Below are positions 28,055 through 38,020 of a stretch of 64,000 bases of DNA, one piece after another. Every line of letters starts with the position of its first letter. Position 1 is the stretch's first letter. The stretch is from an uncultured Gammaproteobacteria bacterium (GTDB lineage Bacteria; Patescibacteriota; Microgenomatia; Daviesbacterales; UBA10151), in the NCBI GenBank assembly GCA_964551605.1, contig CAZKCV010000005.1, forward strand, positions 7,104-71,103. Direction: 5' to 3'. Under the pieces are notes generated by a model. The model was given only the letters and a program-made list of their open reading frames with translations, was not told the origin of the DNA and did no database searches. The position numbers and the translations under genes are program-made.

Positions 28055-29389
28055 TTATTCTTTATTCTTATTGCTTGATTCTTTCTCAGTATCAGCTTCT
28101 TCTGTCTCTCCGATAGCTTCTTCCAATTGCTCTTTTTCCTGCTCAGGATTTTCCTCATCAATGGCTTTTTCCAACACTTCGCCTGCCTCTTCTGCTGCTT
28201 CTTTTTCCGAAGTCTCAGTTGTATTCTCCTCAGCCTCAGCCACTTCTTGCTCTACCGCCTCTTTGGCCTCTTTCTTTTCTTCGTCTGCTGCAATGTTCGT
28301 GTCATCAGCAGCCTGAGCTGATGTGCTGGCAGGCTCCTCTTTTTTCTCACCAGTACCTTCAGCCGGCGCTTCTTCCGCTTTTTCTTCTTTCACCTCAGCT
28401 ACTTTTGGCTCTTCAACAATCTCCGGTTCCTCTGCCCCTTCAATATCTATCTTCCAACCGGTCAATTTGGCGGCCAACCTGACATTTTGTCCGCCTTTAC
28501 CGATTGCCAAAGACAATTGGCTTTGGGGAACTGTCACTGTGGCTATGTTATCTTTCTCATTTAATCTGACTTGAATATCCTTGGCTGGAGACAAAGCAGC
28601 AGCAATAAACCTGGCCGGATCATCAGAGTAACTAATAATGTCAATTTTTTCCTCACTCAACTCACCTATTACCGCCTGCACCCGGACTCCCTTTTGTCCA
28701 ACTAAACTGCCCACCGGATCAACCCCGTCTTGAGTAGAAATAGCGGCGATTTTAGTCCGGGATCCGGCCTCCCGGGCAATAACTTTAATTTCTACTGCCT
28801 CGGATTGAATTTCCGGCACTTCTAAGGCAAACAGCGCTTTCACCAAATTCGAATCAGACCGTGAAACAACTACTTCCGATCCTCTGCCGCCTTCACGTAT
28901 TTCTTTAACTAAGAACTTCAGCCGCTGGTTTTGATGATACATTTCAGTATGGACTTGTTCAGACGGAGGCAAAACCCCTTCCGCCCGGCCTAAATCAACA
29001 AAAAAGGTATTCCCTTCCTGCCTCTGGATAGTACCTGATATAACCGTGCCAACCTTACCCTCATACTCTGCCAAAATAGTCCCCCGTTCAGCCTCATTTA
29101 GCTTTTGCATTATCACTTGCTTGGCAATGGAAGCGGCAATTCGGGCAAAGCCGGGCGGGGTTACGTTATCTTTACCATGAAAAACGGAGATTTCACCGGT
29201 TACCGGATCAACCGCAGAAGTAAATTCTTCAAAATCTTCCGGAATAGGTTCATTTCGAAGCATTAAATCCTTTTTATAAGCAGCCAAAGCCGCTACCCGA
29301 ATGGCATCCAAGACCACTTCCACCTCTACCCCTTTTTCAGAGGCGATTTGATTTAATGCAGCAGCAAATTCAGTGCGTGCTTGTGCCAT
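28055..29389 (-). CDS. nusA: Transcription termination/antitermination factor NusA with a long acidic E/K-rich C-terminal tail
   Basis: N-terminal domain, S1 and two KH domains ([21 protein letters not shown]), followed by ~110 aa of E/K/A-rich low complexity. Confidence 0.9.
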   Translation of the reverse strand: MAQARTEFAAALNQIASEKGVEVEVVLDAIRVAALAAYKKDLMLRNEPIPEDFEEFTSAVDPVTGEISVFHGKDNVTPPGFARIAASIAKQVIMQKLNEAERGTILAEYEGKVGTVISGTIQRQEGNTFFVDLGRAEGVLPPSEQVHTEMYHQNQRLKFLVKEIREGGRGSEVVVSRSDSNLVKALFALEVPEIQSEAVEIKVIAREAGSRTKIAAISTQDGVDPVGSLVGQKGVRVQAVIGELSEEKIDIISYSDDPARFIAAALSPAKDIQVRLNEKDNIATVTVPQSQLSLAIGKGGQNVRLAAKLTGWKIDIEGAEEPEIVEEPKVAEVKEEKAEEAPAEGTGEKKEEPASTSAQAADDTNIAADEEKKEAKEAVEQEVAEAEENTTETSEKEAAEEAGEVLEKAIDEENPEQEKEQLEEAIGETEEADTEKESSNKNKE

Positions 29390-29475
29390 TTGTTTTAGCG
29401 TATAGTAAATAGCGTTTAGCGTTCAATTGAAATTACAACTATACGCTGTACGCTTCTCTCTATCCCCTTTCTACT

Positions 29476-29499
29476 AAAAAGGTGGGACTAGCCCACCTT
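29476..29499 (-). terminator. Rho-independent terminator downstream of dnaJ
   Basis: On the minus strand: AAGGTGGG-CUAGU-CCCACCUU followed by UUUUAGUAG. An 8-bp GC-rich stem, 65 nt after the dnaJ stop. Confidence 0.6.
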
Positions 29500-29563
29500 C
29501 AGGTCCTTTGGATTATTAACCAGGCATATTCTAACTCTTTTGGTAACTTGAAGTCAATATTTC

Positions 29564-30511
29564 TTAAAACCAGCCTTTTTTCTTGGAAGACAGATTCTTC
29601 AATTCTTCATATAGCTGCTTCTCTTCTTTGGAGGGGTTTTTGGGCACGTCTAAGTTAACCCTGACATAGTGGTCGCCATGGCCGGCTCCACCCAAACGGG
29701 GAGCGCCTTTACCTTTTAATTTTACCAGAGAGCCGGGCTGGGTACCCGGCGGCACTTTTACTTTCACCTTACCCTGTACCGTATCGACATCAAAAACATC
29801 TCCTAAAACCAGTTGGGGGATATTCACAGTAATCTCGGAAAAAATATCCGCCCCTTCCCGCAAAAACTGGGGGCTTCTACTGACATTAAACATAATATCC
29901 AAGTCACCAAACCTCATCCTGGTCCCATTATCTACCCCTGCCGGCACCTTAATTTTCATTCTCTTTCGGGTCAACTTTCCATGTTGATCCCTTGATTCAA
30001 TCTCCACCTCTTTAGTAACACCATGAACTGCCTCATCGAAATTTAAGTTGAGCTGATAAGTCGGGCGTCTCCTGAAACCCTGGCCAAAAGGGGAGCCGCC
30101 GCCGAAAATCTGCTCAAATAACTCAAACGGGTCTTCAAAACCGCCAAAATCAAACTGGATATTAGGATTGCCACCACTGCCGGATGACCAGCTATATTGC
30201 TGCCAACCTCCCCCTCCTCCAAAAGGGTTAAACCCTCCGGCACCTCCGGCTCCGCCGGATCCACCACCCCCAAATCCGGTTGACCTATCAAAAGCGGCAT
30301 GGCCAAATTGGTCATAAGCTCCCTTTTTCTGAGGATCGGATAATACTTGATAAGCTTCTCCCAGTTCTTTAAATCTTTCAGTAGCTCCGGCAGATTTATC
30401 TATATCAGGATGGTGTTTTCTGGCCAGTCTCCGGTATGCAGATTTAATCTCCGCCTCAGAAGCAGATTTATTTACTCCCAATATTTCATAATAGTCACGC
30501 TTAGTAGCCAT
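29564..30511 (-). CDS. dnaJ: Chaperone DnaJ (J-domain + G/F region + C-terminal client-binding domains; no CxxCxGxG zinc-finger repeats)
   Basis: J-domain [31 protein letters not shown] with HPD present, and a G/F-rich linker. No Cys repeats are visible in the translation. Confidence 0.85.
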   Translation of the reverse strand: MATKRDYYEILGVNKSASEAEIKSAYRRLARKHHPDIDKSAGATERFKELGEAYQVLSDPQKKGAYDQFGHAAFDRSTGFGGGGSGGAGGAGGFNPFGGGGGWQQYSWSSGSGGNPNIQFDFGGFEDPFELFEQIFGGGSPFGQGFRRRPTYQLNLNFDEAVHGVTKEVEIESRDQHGKLTRKRMKIKVPAGVDNGTRMRFGDLDIMFNVSRSPQFLREGADIFSEITVNIPQLVLGDVFDVDTVQGKVKVKVPPGTQPGSLVKLKGKGAPRLGGAGHGDHYVRVNLDVPKNPSKEEKQLYEELKNLSSKKKGWF

Positions 30512-30568
30512 AAACTTTCAAATTATACAATTAAAGAGTGGCGAAGTCACAAGTCATAAAAGCAATCT

Positions 30569-30605
30569 GATGATTTTGTGTGCAGATATACGTCACAAAA
30601 TCATC
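30569..30605 (-). promoter_or_regulatory. Intercistronic stem-loop between dnaK and dnaJ (12-bp stem GATGATTTTGTG/CACAAAATCATC)
   Basis: A perfect inverted repeat seen directly, 13-nt loop. Confidence 0.5.
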
Positions 30606-30677
30606 ACATAGTGAGACTGGAGAACGCCTTAATGTTGCAGAAATTACTAGTCGAACGGTGCTTTTTGACGTGACGAG

Positions 30678-32600
30678 CTACTCTTCCTTTTTCTCTTCTT
30701 CTACCACTTCACCCTCCACTGCTTCATCTTTTTTGGGAGCTTCACCGTCAGGAGCCTGTTCTTCAGTTGGTTGCTCTCCTGATGCCTGTTGCCCACCGCC
30801 TGTTGCCTGCCCTTGGTACATGGCTGCACCCACTTTTTGCAAAGCTTCAGACAAAGCATCCATCTTAGGCTTTAAGTCTTCCGGAGATGCAGTTTTGATA
30901 ACACCTTTTAAGTCGCTGAGTTTTTGTTCTACATCTGTTCTGACATCTGCGGAGATCTTATCTCCGGCCTCTTTCAGACTTCTTTCTGCGGTAAAGACCA
31001 AAGTATCTGCCTGATTTCTGATCTCCACCTCTTCCTTTTTCTTTCTGTCCTCTTCAGCATGAGCTTCTGCTTCTTTAGTCATCTTCTCCACCTCATCTTT
31101 TGAAAGCCCGGTGGAACCGGTAATAGTAATATTCTGTTTCTTGCCTGTGGCTTTATCATGAGCAGTCACATTTAAAATACCATTGGCATCAATATCAAAG
31201 GTCACCTCAACTTGCGGCACACCCCGGGGAGCCGGCGGAATACCATCCAGGATAAAGCGACCCAGTGATTTATTATCTGCGGCCATCTCCCGTTCACCCT
31301 GCAGCACATTAATTTCAACAGAAGTCTGGTTATCGGCAGCAGTGGAGAAAACTTCTGATTTAGAAGCCGGAATAGTAGTATTTCTAGGAATTAATGGAGT
31401 TCTCACCCCACCCAAAGTTTCAATACCTAAAGTCAGAGGGGTTACGTCCAGGAGTAAAACATCTTTGACCTCACCGCCTAACACTCCACCTTGAATAGCA
31501 GCGCCCACCGCTACTACTTCATCAGGGTTAATGCCTTTGTGCGGCTCTTTGCCGAAGAAATCCTGGACTGCTTTTTGTACTGCCGGCATCCTGGTCATGC
31601 CTCCGACTAAAACCACCTCATCAATTTGCTTGGCGTCTAATTTGGCATCTTTGATGGCAGACTTTACAGCCTCAAAAGTTTTATCAATCAAAGGCGCAGC
31701 CTGTGCCTCCAGTTTAGCCCTGGACAGCTTCATTTCCAAATGCTTCGGACCGGAGGCATCTGCTGTCACAAACGGAATGGAAATCTCTGCCTCTTGGGTA
31801 GAAGATAGCTCAATTTTGGCTTTTTCGGCCGCATCCCGCAGTCTTTGCAAAGCTTGACGATCACCTTTTAGATCAATCCCCTGCTCTTTTCTAAACTCTT
31901 CTGCCAAAAAGTCTAAAATCACGGCATCAAAATCATCTCCGCCTAAGTGAGTATCACCATTAGTGGATTTAACCTCAATCACCCCATCACCCAACTCTAA
32001 AATGGAAATATCAAAAGTGCCGCCGCCTAAATCATAAACCGCAATAGTGTGGGCATGGGATTTATCCAGGCCATAGGCCAGTGCTGCTGCAGTTGGTTCA
32101 TTAATAATTCTTTGTACATTTAGGCCGGCAATTTCTCCGGCCTGTTTAGTGGCTTGTCTTTGCGCATCGTCAAAATAGGCAGGGACAGTGATCACTGCAT
32201 CAGTTACCTTTTCACCCAAATAAGATTCGGCATCGGCTTTGATCTTTTGTAAAATCTGTGCGGAAATTTCCTGGGGAGTATATTCATGGCCTTCCACTTC
32301 CACCACTGCCATGCCTTCCCGGCCTTCTTTAACAGTGTAGGGGAGCCACTTAATGTCGCGTTGTACTTCCGGGTCTTTAAACTTGCGGCCCATCAGTCTT
32401 TTTATGGAAAAAATAGTTTCTTTGGGGTTAACGATGGCCTGGCGTTTGGCCACCCGTCCGACAATATTTTTAATCGGATTAACTACCGAAGGGATAATAT
32501 TTTCCCCCTCAGCCGAATGGATCACCTTGGGTTTTCCACCCTCCATGACTGCCATTGCACTATTAGTTGTACCCAAATCAATACCAATTATCTTAGCCAT
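30678..32600 (-). CDS. dnaK: Chaperone DnaK (Hsp70)
   Basis: [22 protein letters not shown]..., Hsp70 signatures [18 protein letters not shown] and an acidic C-terminus EEEKKEE. Confidence 0.95.
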   Translation of the reverse strand: MAKIIGIDLGTTNSAMAVMEGGKPKVIHSAEGENIIPSVVNPIKNIVGRVAKRQAIVNPKETIFSIKRLMGRKFKDPEVQRDIKWLPYTVKEGREGMAVVEVEGHEYTPQEISAQILQKIKADAESYLGEKVTDAVITVPAYFDDAQRQATKQAGEIAGLNVQRIINEPTAAALAYGLDKSHAHTIAVYDLGGGTFDISILELGDGVIEVKSTNGDTHLGGDDFDAVILDFLAEEFRKEQGIDLKGDRQALQRLRDAAEKAKIELSSTQEAEISIPFVTADASGPKHLEMKLSRAKLEAQAAPLIDKTFEAVKSAIKDAKLDAKQIDEVVLVGGMTRMPAVQKAVQDFFGKEPHKGINPDEVVAVGAAIQGGVLGGEVKDVLLLDVTPLTLGIETLGGVRTPLIPRNTTIPASKSEVFSTAADNQTSVEINVLQGEREMAADNKSLGRFILDGIPPAPRGVPQVEVTFDIDANGILNVTAHDKATGKKQNITITGSTGLSKDEVEKMTKEAEAHAEEDRKKKEEVEIRNQADTLVFTAERSLKEAGDKISADVRTDVEQKLSDLKGVIKTASPEDLKPKMDALSEALQKVGAAMYQGQATGGGQQASGEQPTEEQAPDGEAPKKDEAVEGEVVEEEKKEE

Positions 32601-32610
32601 AGTCGTTATT

Positions 32611-32647
32611 TGACAAACAAATTACAATTTCTTAAATTTGTTTGTCA
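32611..32647 (-). promoter_or_regulatory. Intercistronic stem-loop between grpE and dnaK (13-bp AT-rich stem TGACAAACAAATT/AATTTGTTTGTCA, 11-nt loop), overlapping the grpE stop codon
   Basis: A perfect inverted repeat seen directly. Its right arm is continuous with the GTCATCCTGAG element that encodes the GrpE C-terminus. Confidence 0.5.
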
Positions 32648-33186
32648 TCCTGAGCGATTAGCGAAGGATCTCCTTCGGATTGTCCTTCCTGCTCATTTAT
32701 CTCCTTTCTTCCTACCACCACTGCCGCTGGCCTAAGTACCTTACTATTTAAAGTATACCCTTTCCTGACTACTTTTAATATTTTATTATCTTCCCCTACC
32801 TGTGTGTCAACTGCCTCGTGAAGGTTGGGATCAAATTGCCCGTCGGAGGCAATCTGCTCCAAACCCTCAATCTGTAAAACCTGATTCAACTCTTTAACTG
32901 CTAATTCTACTCCCCGAAACCAACCGGACTGCCTGTCTGTCTCATTTGCTCCAGCCAAAGCCTGTTCCAGATGATCCAATGCCGGCAGGATCTTAGTAAG
33001 AAGCTCACCGGTACCCCACCGGGTCAGCTCTGACCTGCCTTCTGCCACTCTTTTTTCCAAATTATGGTAATCAGCCACTGCTCTTTTTAGCTGATTTTCC
33101 ATCTGCACACTTAACTGTTTGACAGAATCGAGCTCGTCTTGTAATTGCTTAAATTCTTCTGTTTGTGTATTTTGCTTTTTTCCCAT
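32632..33186 (-). CDS. grpE: Nucleotide exchange factor GrpE
   Basis: Coiled-coil N-terminus and GrpE core (LDHLEQAL, DPNLHEAV). The last ~15 codons are encoded by a GTCATCCTGAGCGATTAGCGAAGGATC repeat element. Confidence 0.85.
   Translation of the reverse strand: MGKKQNTQTEEFKQLQDELDSVKQLSVQMENQLKRAVADYHNLEKRVAEGRSELTRWGTGELLTKILPALDHLEQALAGANETDRQSGWFRGVELAVKELNQVLQIEGLEQIASDGQFDPNLHEAVDTQVGEDNKILKVVRKGYTLNSKVLRPAAVVVGRKEINEQEGQSEGDPSLIAQDDKQI
32642..32690. repeat. GTCATYCTGAG-family element (TTGTCATCCTGAGCGATTAGCGAAGGATCTCCTTCGG...) forming the 3' end of grpE
   Basis: ~26/30 identity with the intergenic element at 63331-63360 (TTGTCATTCTGAGTGATTAACGAAGAATCTCC). It shares its head and CGAAG core with 52803-52830 and its GAGCGATTAGCGA core with 23677-23689. 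Confidence 0.7.
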
Positions 33187-33214
33187 AATTCTTAATTCAT
33201 AATTCTTGATTCTA
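33187..33214. repeat. AT-rich heptamer tandem repeat (AATTCTT-like x4) in the hrcA-grpE spacer
   Basis: aattcttaattcataattcttgattcta, the opposite-orientation counterpart of 28014-28034. Confidence 0.6.
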
Positions 33215-33940
33215 ACTTCTCACTGCTTCATTTAATAAATTCCTAACATACTTTACATAAGGCAGCACCAGCGAAAAATTCATCCTGGCCGGCCCTATCA
33301 CTCCGATTATTCCTGTTTTATCCGCTATCACATTATACTTGGTAAAAACAAAACTGGTTGGCCGCAGGTATTCAAATTCCATATCCTCCCCAAACAAAAT
33401 ATGGACCGGGTCAGGTCCTACTGCCCTGCCGATAATCTCCAAAAGCCGCGGGTTTTCATCAAAAAGCGATAAAACAAACCTGGTGACATCAATATCATAA
33501 AACTCCGGCCAATCCAAAATATTGGCTGCTCCGGCATAATAAACCGCTCCTTCATCATCAATTGCCAAACCCAGCATATCAAGTCTTTGAGCCAGCGCAG
33601 TCACCGCCTCTTTAATCAGCTTCTCCCGCTTTAACCGCTGGGCCATCATTTTCTCTTTAATAGATACCTCTGCGGTTACCGGCAGCTGTTTTTCCTTCAT
33701 TAGCTCGGCAATATAGAATTTCATCCCCATTGAGGTAGGTGTCCTTCCGGCAGAAGTATGAGGCTGCCTTAAATACCCCATATCTGTTAAACGGCTCATC
33801 TCAATCCGAATAGTAGCAGGGGAAACTCCCAGGCTATATTTTTTTTCAATGACCTCGCTACCTACCGGCTCTGCAGCCTCAATATATTCCTCAACTATTG
33901 CCTTCAACAATGCTTGTTGTCTCTCTGTTAATCCAGCCAT
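33212..33940 (-). CDS. hrcA: Heat-inducible transcription repressor HrcA (short form)
   Basis: N-terminal wHTH LTERQQALLKAIVEEYIEAAEPVGSEVIEKKY. It is the first gene of the hrcA-grpE-dnaK-dnaJ operon. Confidence 0.8.
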   Translation of the reverse strand: MAGLTERQQALLKAIVEEYIEAAEPVGSEVIEKKYSLGVSPATIRIEMSRLTDMGYLRQPHTSAGRTPTSMGMKFYIAELMKEKQLPVTAEVSIKEKMMAQRLKREKLIKEAVTALAQRLDMLGLAIDDEGAVYYAGAANILDWPEFYDIDVTRFVLSLFDENPRLLEIIGRAVGPDPVHILFGEDMEFEYLRPTSFVFTKYNVIADKTGIIGVIGPARMNFSLVLPYVKYVRNLLNEAVRS

Positions 33941-33949
33941 AATTCAAAA

Positions 33950-33976
33950 CTAGCACTATATTACATCGACTGCTAA
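33950..33976. promoter_or_regulatory. CIRCE-like inverted repeat (cTAGCACTa-N9-GAcTGCTAA), operator for HrcA
   Basis: It matches TTAGCACTC-N9-GAGTGCTAA at 15/18 positions and lies 10-36 nt upstream of the hrcA start. Confidence 0.6.
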
Positions 33977-34014
33977 CTCTTGTCAAGGCCTTAGTTGAGT
34001 GGTAAAATCAGGTT

Positions 34015-34224
34015 ATGAAAGCAATAGATATGACCAAAATTTACAGCAATAAAAACTACAAGGGCAAATGGGTGGCTATGATTGATTATGAGACCAAACC
34101 TAAAGTAGTGGCTTATGCTAGAACACTTAAGGAAGCCTTGAAGAGAGCTGAGAAAAGAGGCCATGAACACCCAGCGGTGACACAGATTCCCCGGGAAATA
34201 TTGCCAATAGTTGGAATCATTTAA
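34015..34224 (+). CDS. DUF5678-like small protein
   Basis: 69 aa, YKGKWVAMIDYETKPKVVAYARTLKEALKRAEKRGHEHPAVTQIP, the pattern of DUF5678 proteins. Its stop overlaps the next start (TAATG). Confidence 0.5.
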   Translation: MKAIDMTKIYSNKNYKGKWVAMIDYETKPKVVAYARTLKEALKRAEKRGHEHPAVTQIPREILPIVGII

Positions 34225-34622
34225 TGATTTTCCCCTATCAAAGAATTACTACTAAAATTGCGCGTCCGCTTATCTATATCATAGTCCGCTCGGCTACCAG
34301 ATTTGCTATTTATCCTGTATTAATAGACTCTGGAGCGGATTATTGTATTTTTAGTATAGAACTGGCAAAAGATTTAGGAATCAAACTTCAAGGTAGAAAG
34401 ACTAGCTTTATGGGTGTTGGCAAAGACAAAATAATTGGATCTTGGGGAGGAATTAATTTAAAAATCGGCAATATCACTTATGATACTAAAGTAATCTTTG
34501 CAGAAATCAGTAAATTTGGTCATGGAATTTTAGGTCAAAAGGGCTTCTTTAACCACTTTGATGTAAAATTAAGCTATCATAAACAGGTAATAGAGATTGA
34601 ACCTGTCAAAGTATCCAACTAG
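34224..34622 (+). CDS. Retropepsin-like (clan AA) aspartic protease
   Basis: 132 aa with the catalytic VLIDSGADYCIF (DSGA) motif and the downstream GILG flap-like segment. Confidence 0.7.
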   Translation: MIFPYQRITTKIARPLIYIIVRSATRFAIYPVLIDSGADYCIFSIELAKDLGIKLQGRKTSFMGVGKDKIIGSWGGINLKIGNITYDTKVIFAEISKFGHGILGQKGFFNHFDVKLSYHKQVIEIEPVKVSN

Positions 34623-34636
34623 ATATCTTCATTTTC

Positions 34637-34657
34637 TTCACGATCGTGAACATTTTG
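34637..34657. repeat. 14-bp perfect palindrome TTCACGATCGTGAA + CATTTTG (see 14973-14993)
   Basis: Direct reading. It lies 15 nt after the protease gene stop. Confidence 0.6.
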
Positions 34658-34769
34658 ATTTTCCTTCTGGTAGGAATTGTTGTTCTTTCTGCCAAAGGCG
34701 AGTTCAGGATGACAGTAATGTGATTTAGTATACGCACTTTCGGGCATAAATTGTAGTATCATAAGCTAC

Positions 34770-35471
34770 ATGAAGCTACTTTTGCACGGCAAAAATGCTA
34801 CCAATATTGAGCCCCTGACAAAAAGCTTGGGTTTTGAAATAGTCACCTCTAAACCTGATGTGATCATCAGTTACGGCGGCGACGGCACTCTGCTTACTTC
34901 AGAGAGGCTATACCCAGGGATCTCAAAGCTACCTATCCGGGATAGCCTGGTTTGTAAAAAATGCCCGGACCATGATGAAAAGTTTTTACTGCAAAACTTG
35001 CTTGCCGGGAAGTTAACCTTAAAAGAATATAAAAAACTGGAAACGACCATTTTGTATAAAACCCTAACTGCACTAAATGATTTTGTAGTAAGAAACGTTT
35101 TACCAATACACGCCATCCGTTTTTTGGTAACAGGTAAAGAAAAACTACTGATTGGTGACGGAATAGTGTTATCTACCCCATTTGGCTCAACCGGTTATTT
35201 CAAAAGCATTGTGGGAGAAAGTTTTGATAATGGTTGGGGACTTAGCTTTAATAATATTACGGAAAAAGAGCCGCCTATTTTCTTAAAAGATGAAGACACG
35301 GTAACTTTCAAATTAGTCAGGGGTAATGCCACTCTATCTTTTGATAATAATCCGGATATCTTCAAAATAGATGAAGGATCGGAGCTAAAATTTAAGCTCT
35401 CTGAAAAGGTAGCTAAAATTTATGAACTAGAATCCTTAAGGTGCCCCAACTGCCATGTTGCAAGAGGTTAA
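34770..35471 (+). CDS. nadK: NAD+ kinase
   Basis: GGDGTLL motif (IISYGGDGTLLTSERL) and DGIVLSTPFGSTGY. Confidence 0.8.
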   Translation: MKLLLHGKNATNIEPLTKSLGFEIVTSKPDVIISYGGDGTLLTSERLYPGISKLPIRDSLVCKKCPDHDEKFLLQNLLAGKLTLKEYKKLETTILYKTLTALNDFVVRNVLPIHAIRFLVTGKEKLLIGDGIVLSTPFGSTGYFKSIVGESFDNGWGLSFNNITEKEPPIFLKDEDTVTFKLVRGNATLSFDNNPDIFKIDEGSELKFKLSEKVAKIYELESLRCPNCHVARG

Positions 35472-36451
35472 ACCACAGCGGATTCTAAAAAGTTTAGCTC
35501 CTTCTTTGTAGTGTCAAAAGAGACTTTAATCCCCAAAGGCATGGGGATATTAACTGTAAAATGGCCGAAATCCAAATTGGCCATAATGGGAAAATCATAA
35601 TCTTTCAAAGTATCCAAAATCATCTCTTTTAAGGTCGGTTCAATTATTTCCCCTCTTACAGCTTGCCTCAAGGGTTTTTGAAATTTAATTTTTCCTATCA
35701 GCATCCCGTTGATACTCTCAAAAATCCCCATATTTTTTAGCTGGTGAAGATATTGGTACATCTCGGATAAATCACGGCCAATTTCTTCCCAAAATAGAAT
35801 ACTTCCATTCCATAAATCTTCTCCGGGAAGATATTTTGTCCCAGCCAAGGTGGAAATCCTTTCCAAGATTCCACCCATTAAATGTCCTTCTGCCTGGCCC
35901 TCTTTCCACTGCTCCCACTCAGTGATAGGTTTGATTATTCCCGGAGCCTCAGATTTTGTTAAAAATTTTAAGAACAACTCCTGGTTTAACTTGGGCCAAT
36001 TTTCCATTCCTGCCTTTATTTCTCTGCCAAAGCCATAGCTTACATCATCCTTATGAAACCCCACCATGCCGGTCTTGGCTAGTATTGCAAGATGATAAAT
36101 AGTCATATCAGACATCCCCATGAAGGGTTTTGGGTTATTAGTTATTAGTCCGTAGTCCAGATGTTCAATTACAGAGATTGCTGAATAGCCGCCGGTGTGG
36201 GCAATAATGGCCTTAACTTGCCTGTCTGCAAACATGGCATTTAAGTCCTCTGCCACCTCTTCCGCAAACCCCGCCATCCACCATCTTCTCTGCCCGATCG
36301 TCTTCCCCTCTTTCAGCTTAAAACCCATTTCCTCAATCAATTTCTTCCCTCTTTCAAACTGATCCAGGTGTGAAGGCAAAACAGGTAAAGAAGGGGCCAC
36401 AATCCCAATAGTATCTCCGGGAGAAAGTTTTTTCGGCTTCACAATTTTCAT
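35468..36451 (-). CDS. ldcA: LD-carboxypeptidase (peptidase S66; LdcA/MccF family)
   Basis: 327 aa with GDTIGIVAPS, the catalytic-Ser region GMSDMT, and C-terminal ANLDFGH. Confidence 0.7.
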   Translation of the reverse strand: MKIVKPKKLSPGDTIGIVAPSLPVLPSHLDQFERGKKLIEEMGFKLKEGKTIGQRRWWMAGFAEEVAEDLNAMFADRQVKAIIAHTGGYSAISVIEHLDYGLITNNPKPFMGMSDMTIYHLAILAKTGMVGFHKDDVSYGFGREIKAGMENWPKLNQELFLKFLTKSEAPGIIKPITEWEQWKEGQAEGHLMGGILERISTLAGTKYLPGEDLWNGSILFWEEIGRDLSEMYQYLHQLKNMGIFESINGMLIGKIKFQKPLRQAVRGEIIEPTLKEMILDTLKDYDFPIMANLDFGHFTVNIPMPLGIKVSFDTTKKELNFLESAVV

Positions 36452-36524
36452 GCAAGTATTGTATCAGATAATTAATTCCTTTTTAGAGAATTGACAAACC
36501 TAAGGAATATGTTATGATTACATT

Positions 36525-36830
36525 ATGCAAATATATCCACTACGACGGATTTTAAACAAAAAATTTATCGGTGCTGATGATTTACGCCGAGACCTAACTG
36601 ATATTATAGATCAATTTCCTACCCAACCTAACGAGATCGTGGTTACCCAACATGGTAAACCAAAGGCTGTCCTTTTAGATCTAAATACCTACCTTGAACT
36701 AACTGACATTCAAGAAGATGTTATCCAACCAGGTTATATTAACTCATTATATAAAGAGCTGGAAAAAGTTAAAAAAGGTCAAGGGATAAAACACAAAGAT
36801 TTAGTTAAGAAATTTAACCTCAATGTTTGA
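36525..36830 (+). CDS. Type II antitoxin (Phd/YefM-like)
   Basis: 101 aa, ...IVVTQHGKPKAVLLDLNTYLEL..., overlapping the downstream toxin by 8 nt. Confidence 0.6.
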   Translation: MQIYPLRRILNKKFIGADDLRRDLTDIIDQFPTQPNEIVVTQHGKPKAVLLDLNTYLELTDIQEDVIQPGYINSLYKELEKVKKGQGIKHKDLVKKFNLNV

Positions 36831-37086
36831 TCTTGTCTATTCTCCAAAAGCTACAAAGGCAATTAAAAAATTCCCTCAAGAATACCAAAAATTAATCTTA
36901 AAAAAAATTATTATTTTACAGGAAAATCCAAGGCCAAGAGGTTATGATAAAATCGCTGCTGAAAATCCACCTATTTATAGAATTAGAGTCGGTGATTATA
37001 GAATTTTTTATTTCATTGAGGAAGATACAAAAGAAATCATTATCGTTGATATAAAACGCCGCACCAGCCAAACTTACCGCCCTTAG
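36823..37086 (+). CDS. Type II toxin RelE/ParE family
   Basis: 87 aa with YRIRVGDYRIFYFIEEDTKEIIIVDIKRR, the classic RelE/ParE C-terminal block. Confidence 0.75.
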   Translation: MFDLVYSPKATKAIKKFPQEYQKLILKKIIILQENPRPRGYDKIAAENPPIYRIRVGDYRIFYFIEEDTKEIIIVDIKRRTSQTYRP

Positions 37087-37260
37087 GTTGGAAGCTATCT
37101 AACACCGGGGGTTAGAAATGTAAAAATATTGATCCTTGATTGATCCCTGTTAGAAGAATACTCCTTAGCTACCTTGTTATAACCTTCGCGTACTAAATTC
37201 TTCATGATTTCAAAATAGACAAAAATGCTTCCTGGGGGATTTCCACTCGGCCAATCATTT

Positions 37261-37689
37261 TCATTTTTTATCATCTATTCCAAACCTGCTAAATTTATTC
37301 TTTTTGTACTGAATATCAAAACTGAAAATTGTATTAAGCCCCATCTTTTTCATAATTGCCATATTAATACAATCTGTAAACCTGGAATTTTTAGAGGTTT
37401 GTTTTTCAAAAATATCTAGCCCTTCCCTTCTTAAAACAGAATCCACTTCTATTATCTCTATTTCACTCTTTAAAACCTCTTCGGCGAATTGAACCGCTGT
37501 CTGTAAACTGGTATTCTGGCTTAAAACTGTCACTGCTTCTCCAAATGCTGGATCTGAGGTAATCAAAACAAATTTTTGTCTGTCAATTTCATCTCTGGTT
37601 GAAACTGCTTTTTTGTAGTTGGGATCGAACTGATCAACTAAAGCTACAAAGGCATCAGCATCAACGAGTATTTTCTTTACGATGTTCAT
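37261..37689 (-). CDS. vapC: PIN-domain toxin VapC
   Basis: 142 aa with ILVDADAFVAL (first acidic residues) and C-terminal FTDCINMAIMKKMGL..IFSFD. Confidence 0.75.
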   Translation of the reverse strand: MNIVKKILVDADAFVALVDQFDPNYKKAVSTRDEIDRQKFVLITSDPAFGEAVTVLSQNTSLQTAVQFAEEVLKSEIEIIEVDSVLRREGLDIFEKQTSKNSRFTDCINMAIMKKMGLNTIFSFDIQYKKNKFSRFGIDDKK

Positions 37690-37996
37690 TGATGAATTTT
37701 TCTACTCTTTTCACCTCTGCTTTAGTTAGAACAGGTCTGTTTTTGCCATAATTGGGAGATTTATCACCATAAAGATAATCAAAAAGATTGGTGGATAAGT
37801 CTCCTGGGCTCTTTTTTGCCATTCCAGTAATCTTAAACAAAACAGAAGCAGTGGAGTGTTGCTGATTATTTTTAACCCTTAAACTCTTCTCTAAAAGATT
37901 TCTAATTACTTCTGCTACGCTTTTACCTTCCTGTCTGGCAACAATCTCAAGTTCACGATCTATTTGCGGTGTTAAATATAACTGTTTTCTTATCAT
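37661..37996 (-). CDS. vapB: Ribbon-helix-helix (CopG/VapB-like) antitoxin
   Basis: N-terminal RHH KQLYLTPQIDRELEIVARQEGKSVAEVIRNLLEKSL. It overlaps vapC by 29 nt. Confidence 0.55.
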   Translation of the reverse strand: MIRKQLYLTPQIDRELEIVARQEGKSVAEVIRNLLEKSLRVKNNQQHSTASVLFKITGMAKKSPGDLSTNLFDYLYGDKSPNYGKNRPVLTKAEVKRVEKFINEHRKENTR

Positions 37997-38020
37997 ACAT
38001 TATACATTATACATTATTTG

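Noticed and set aside
28071-28574. Ser/Ala/Phe-rich plus-strand ORFs antisense to nusA
   Set aside because: Antisense to the acidic E/K-rich NusA tail; compositional artefact.
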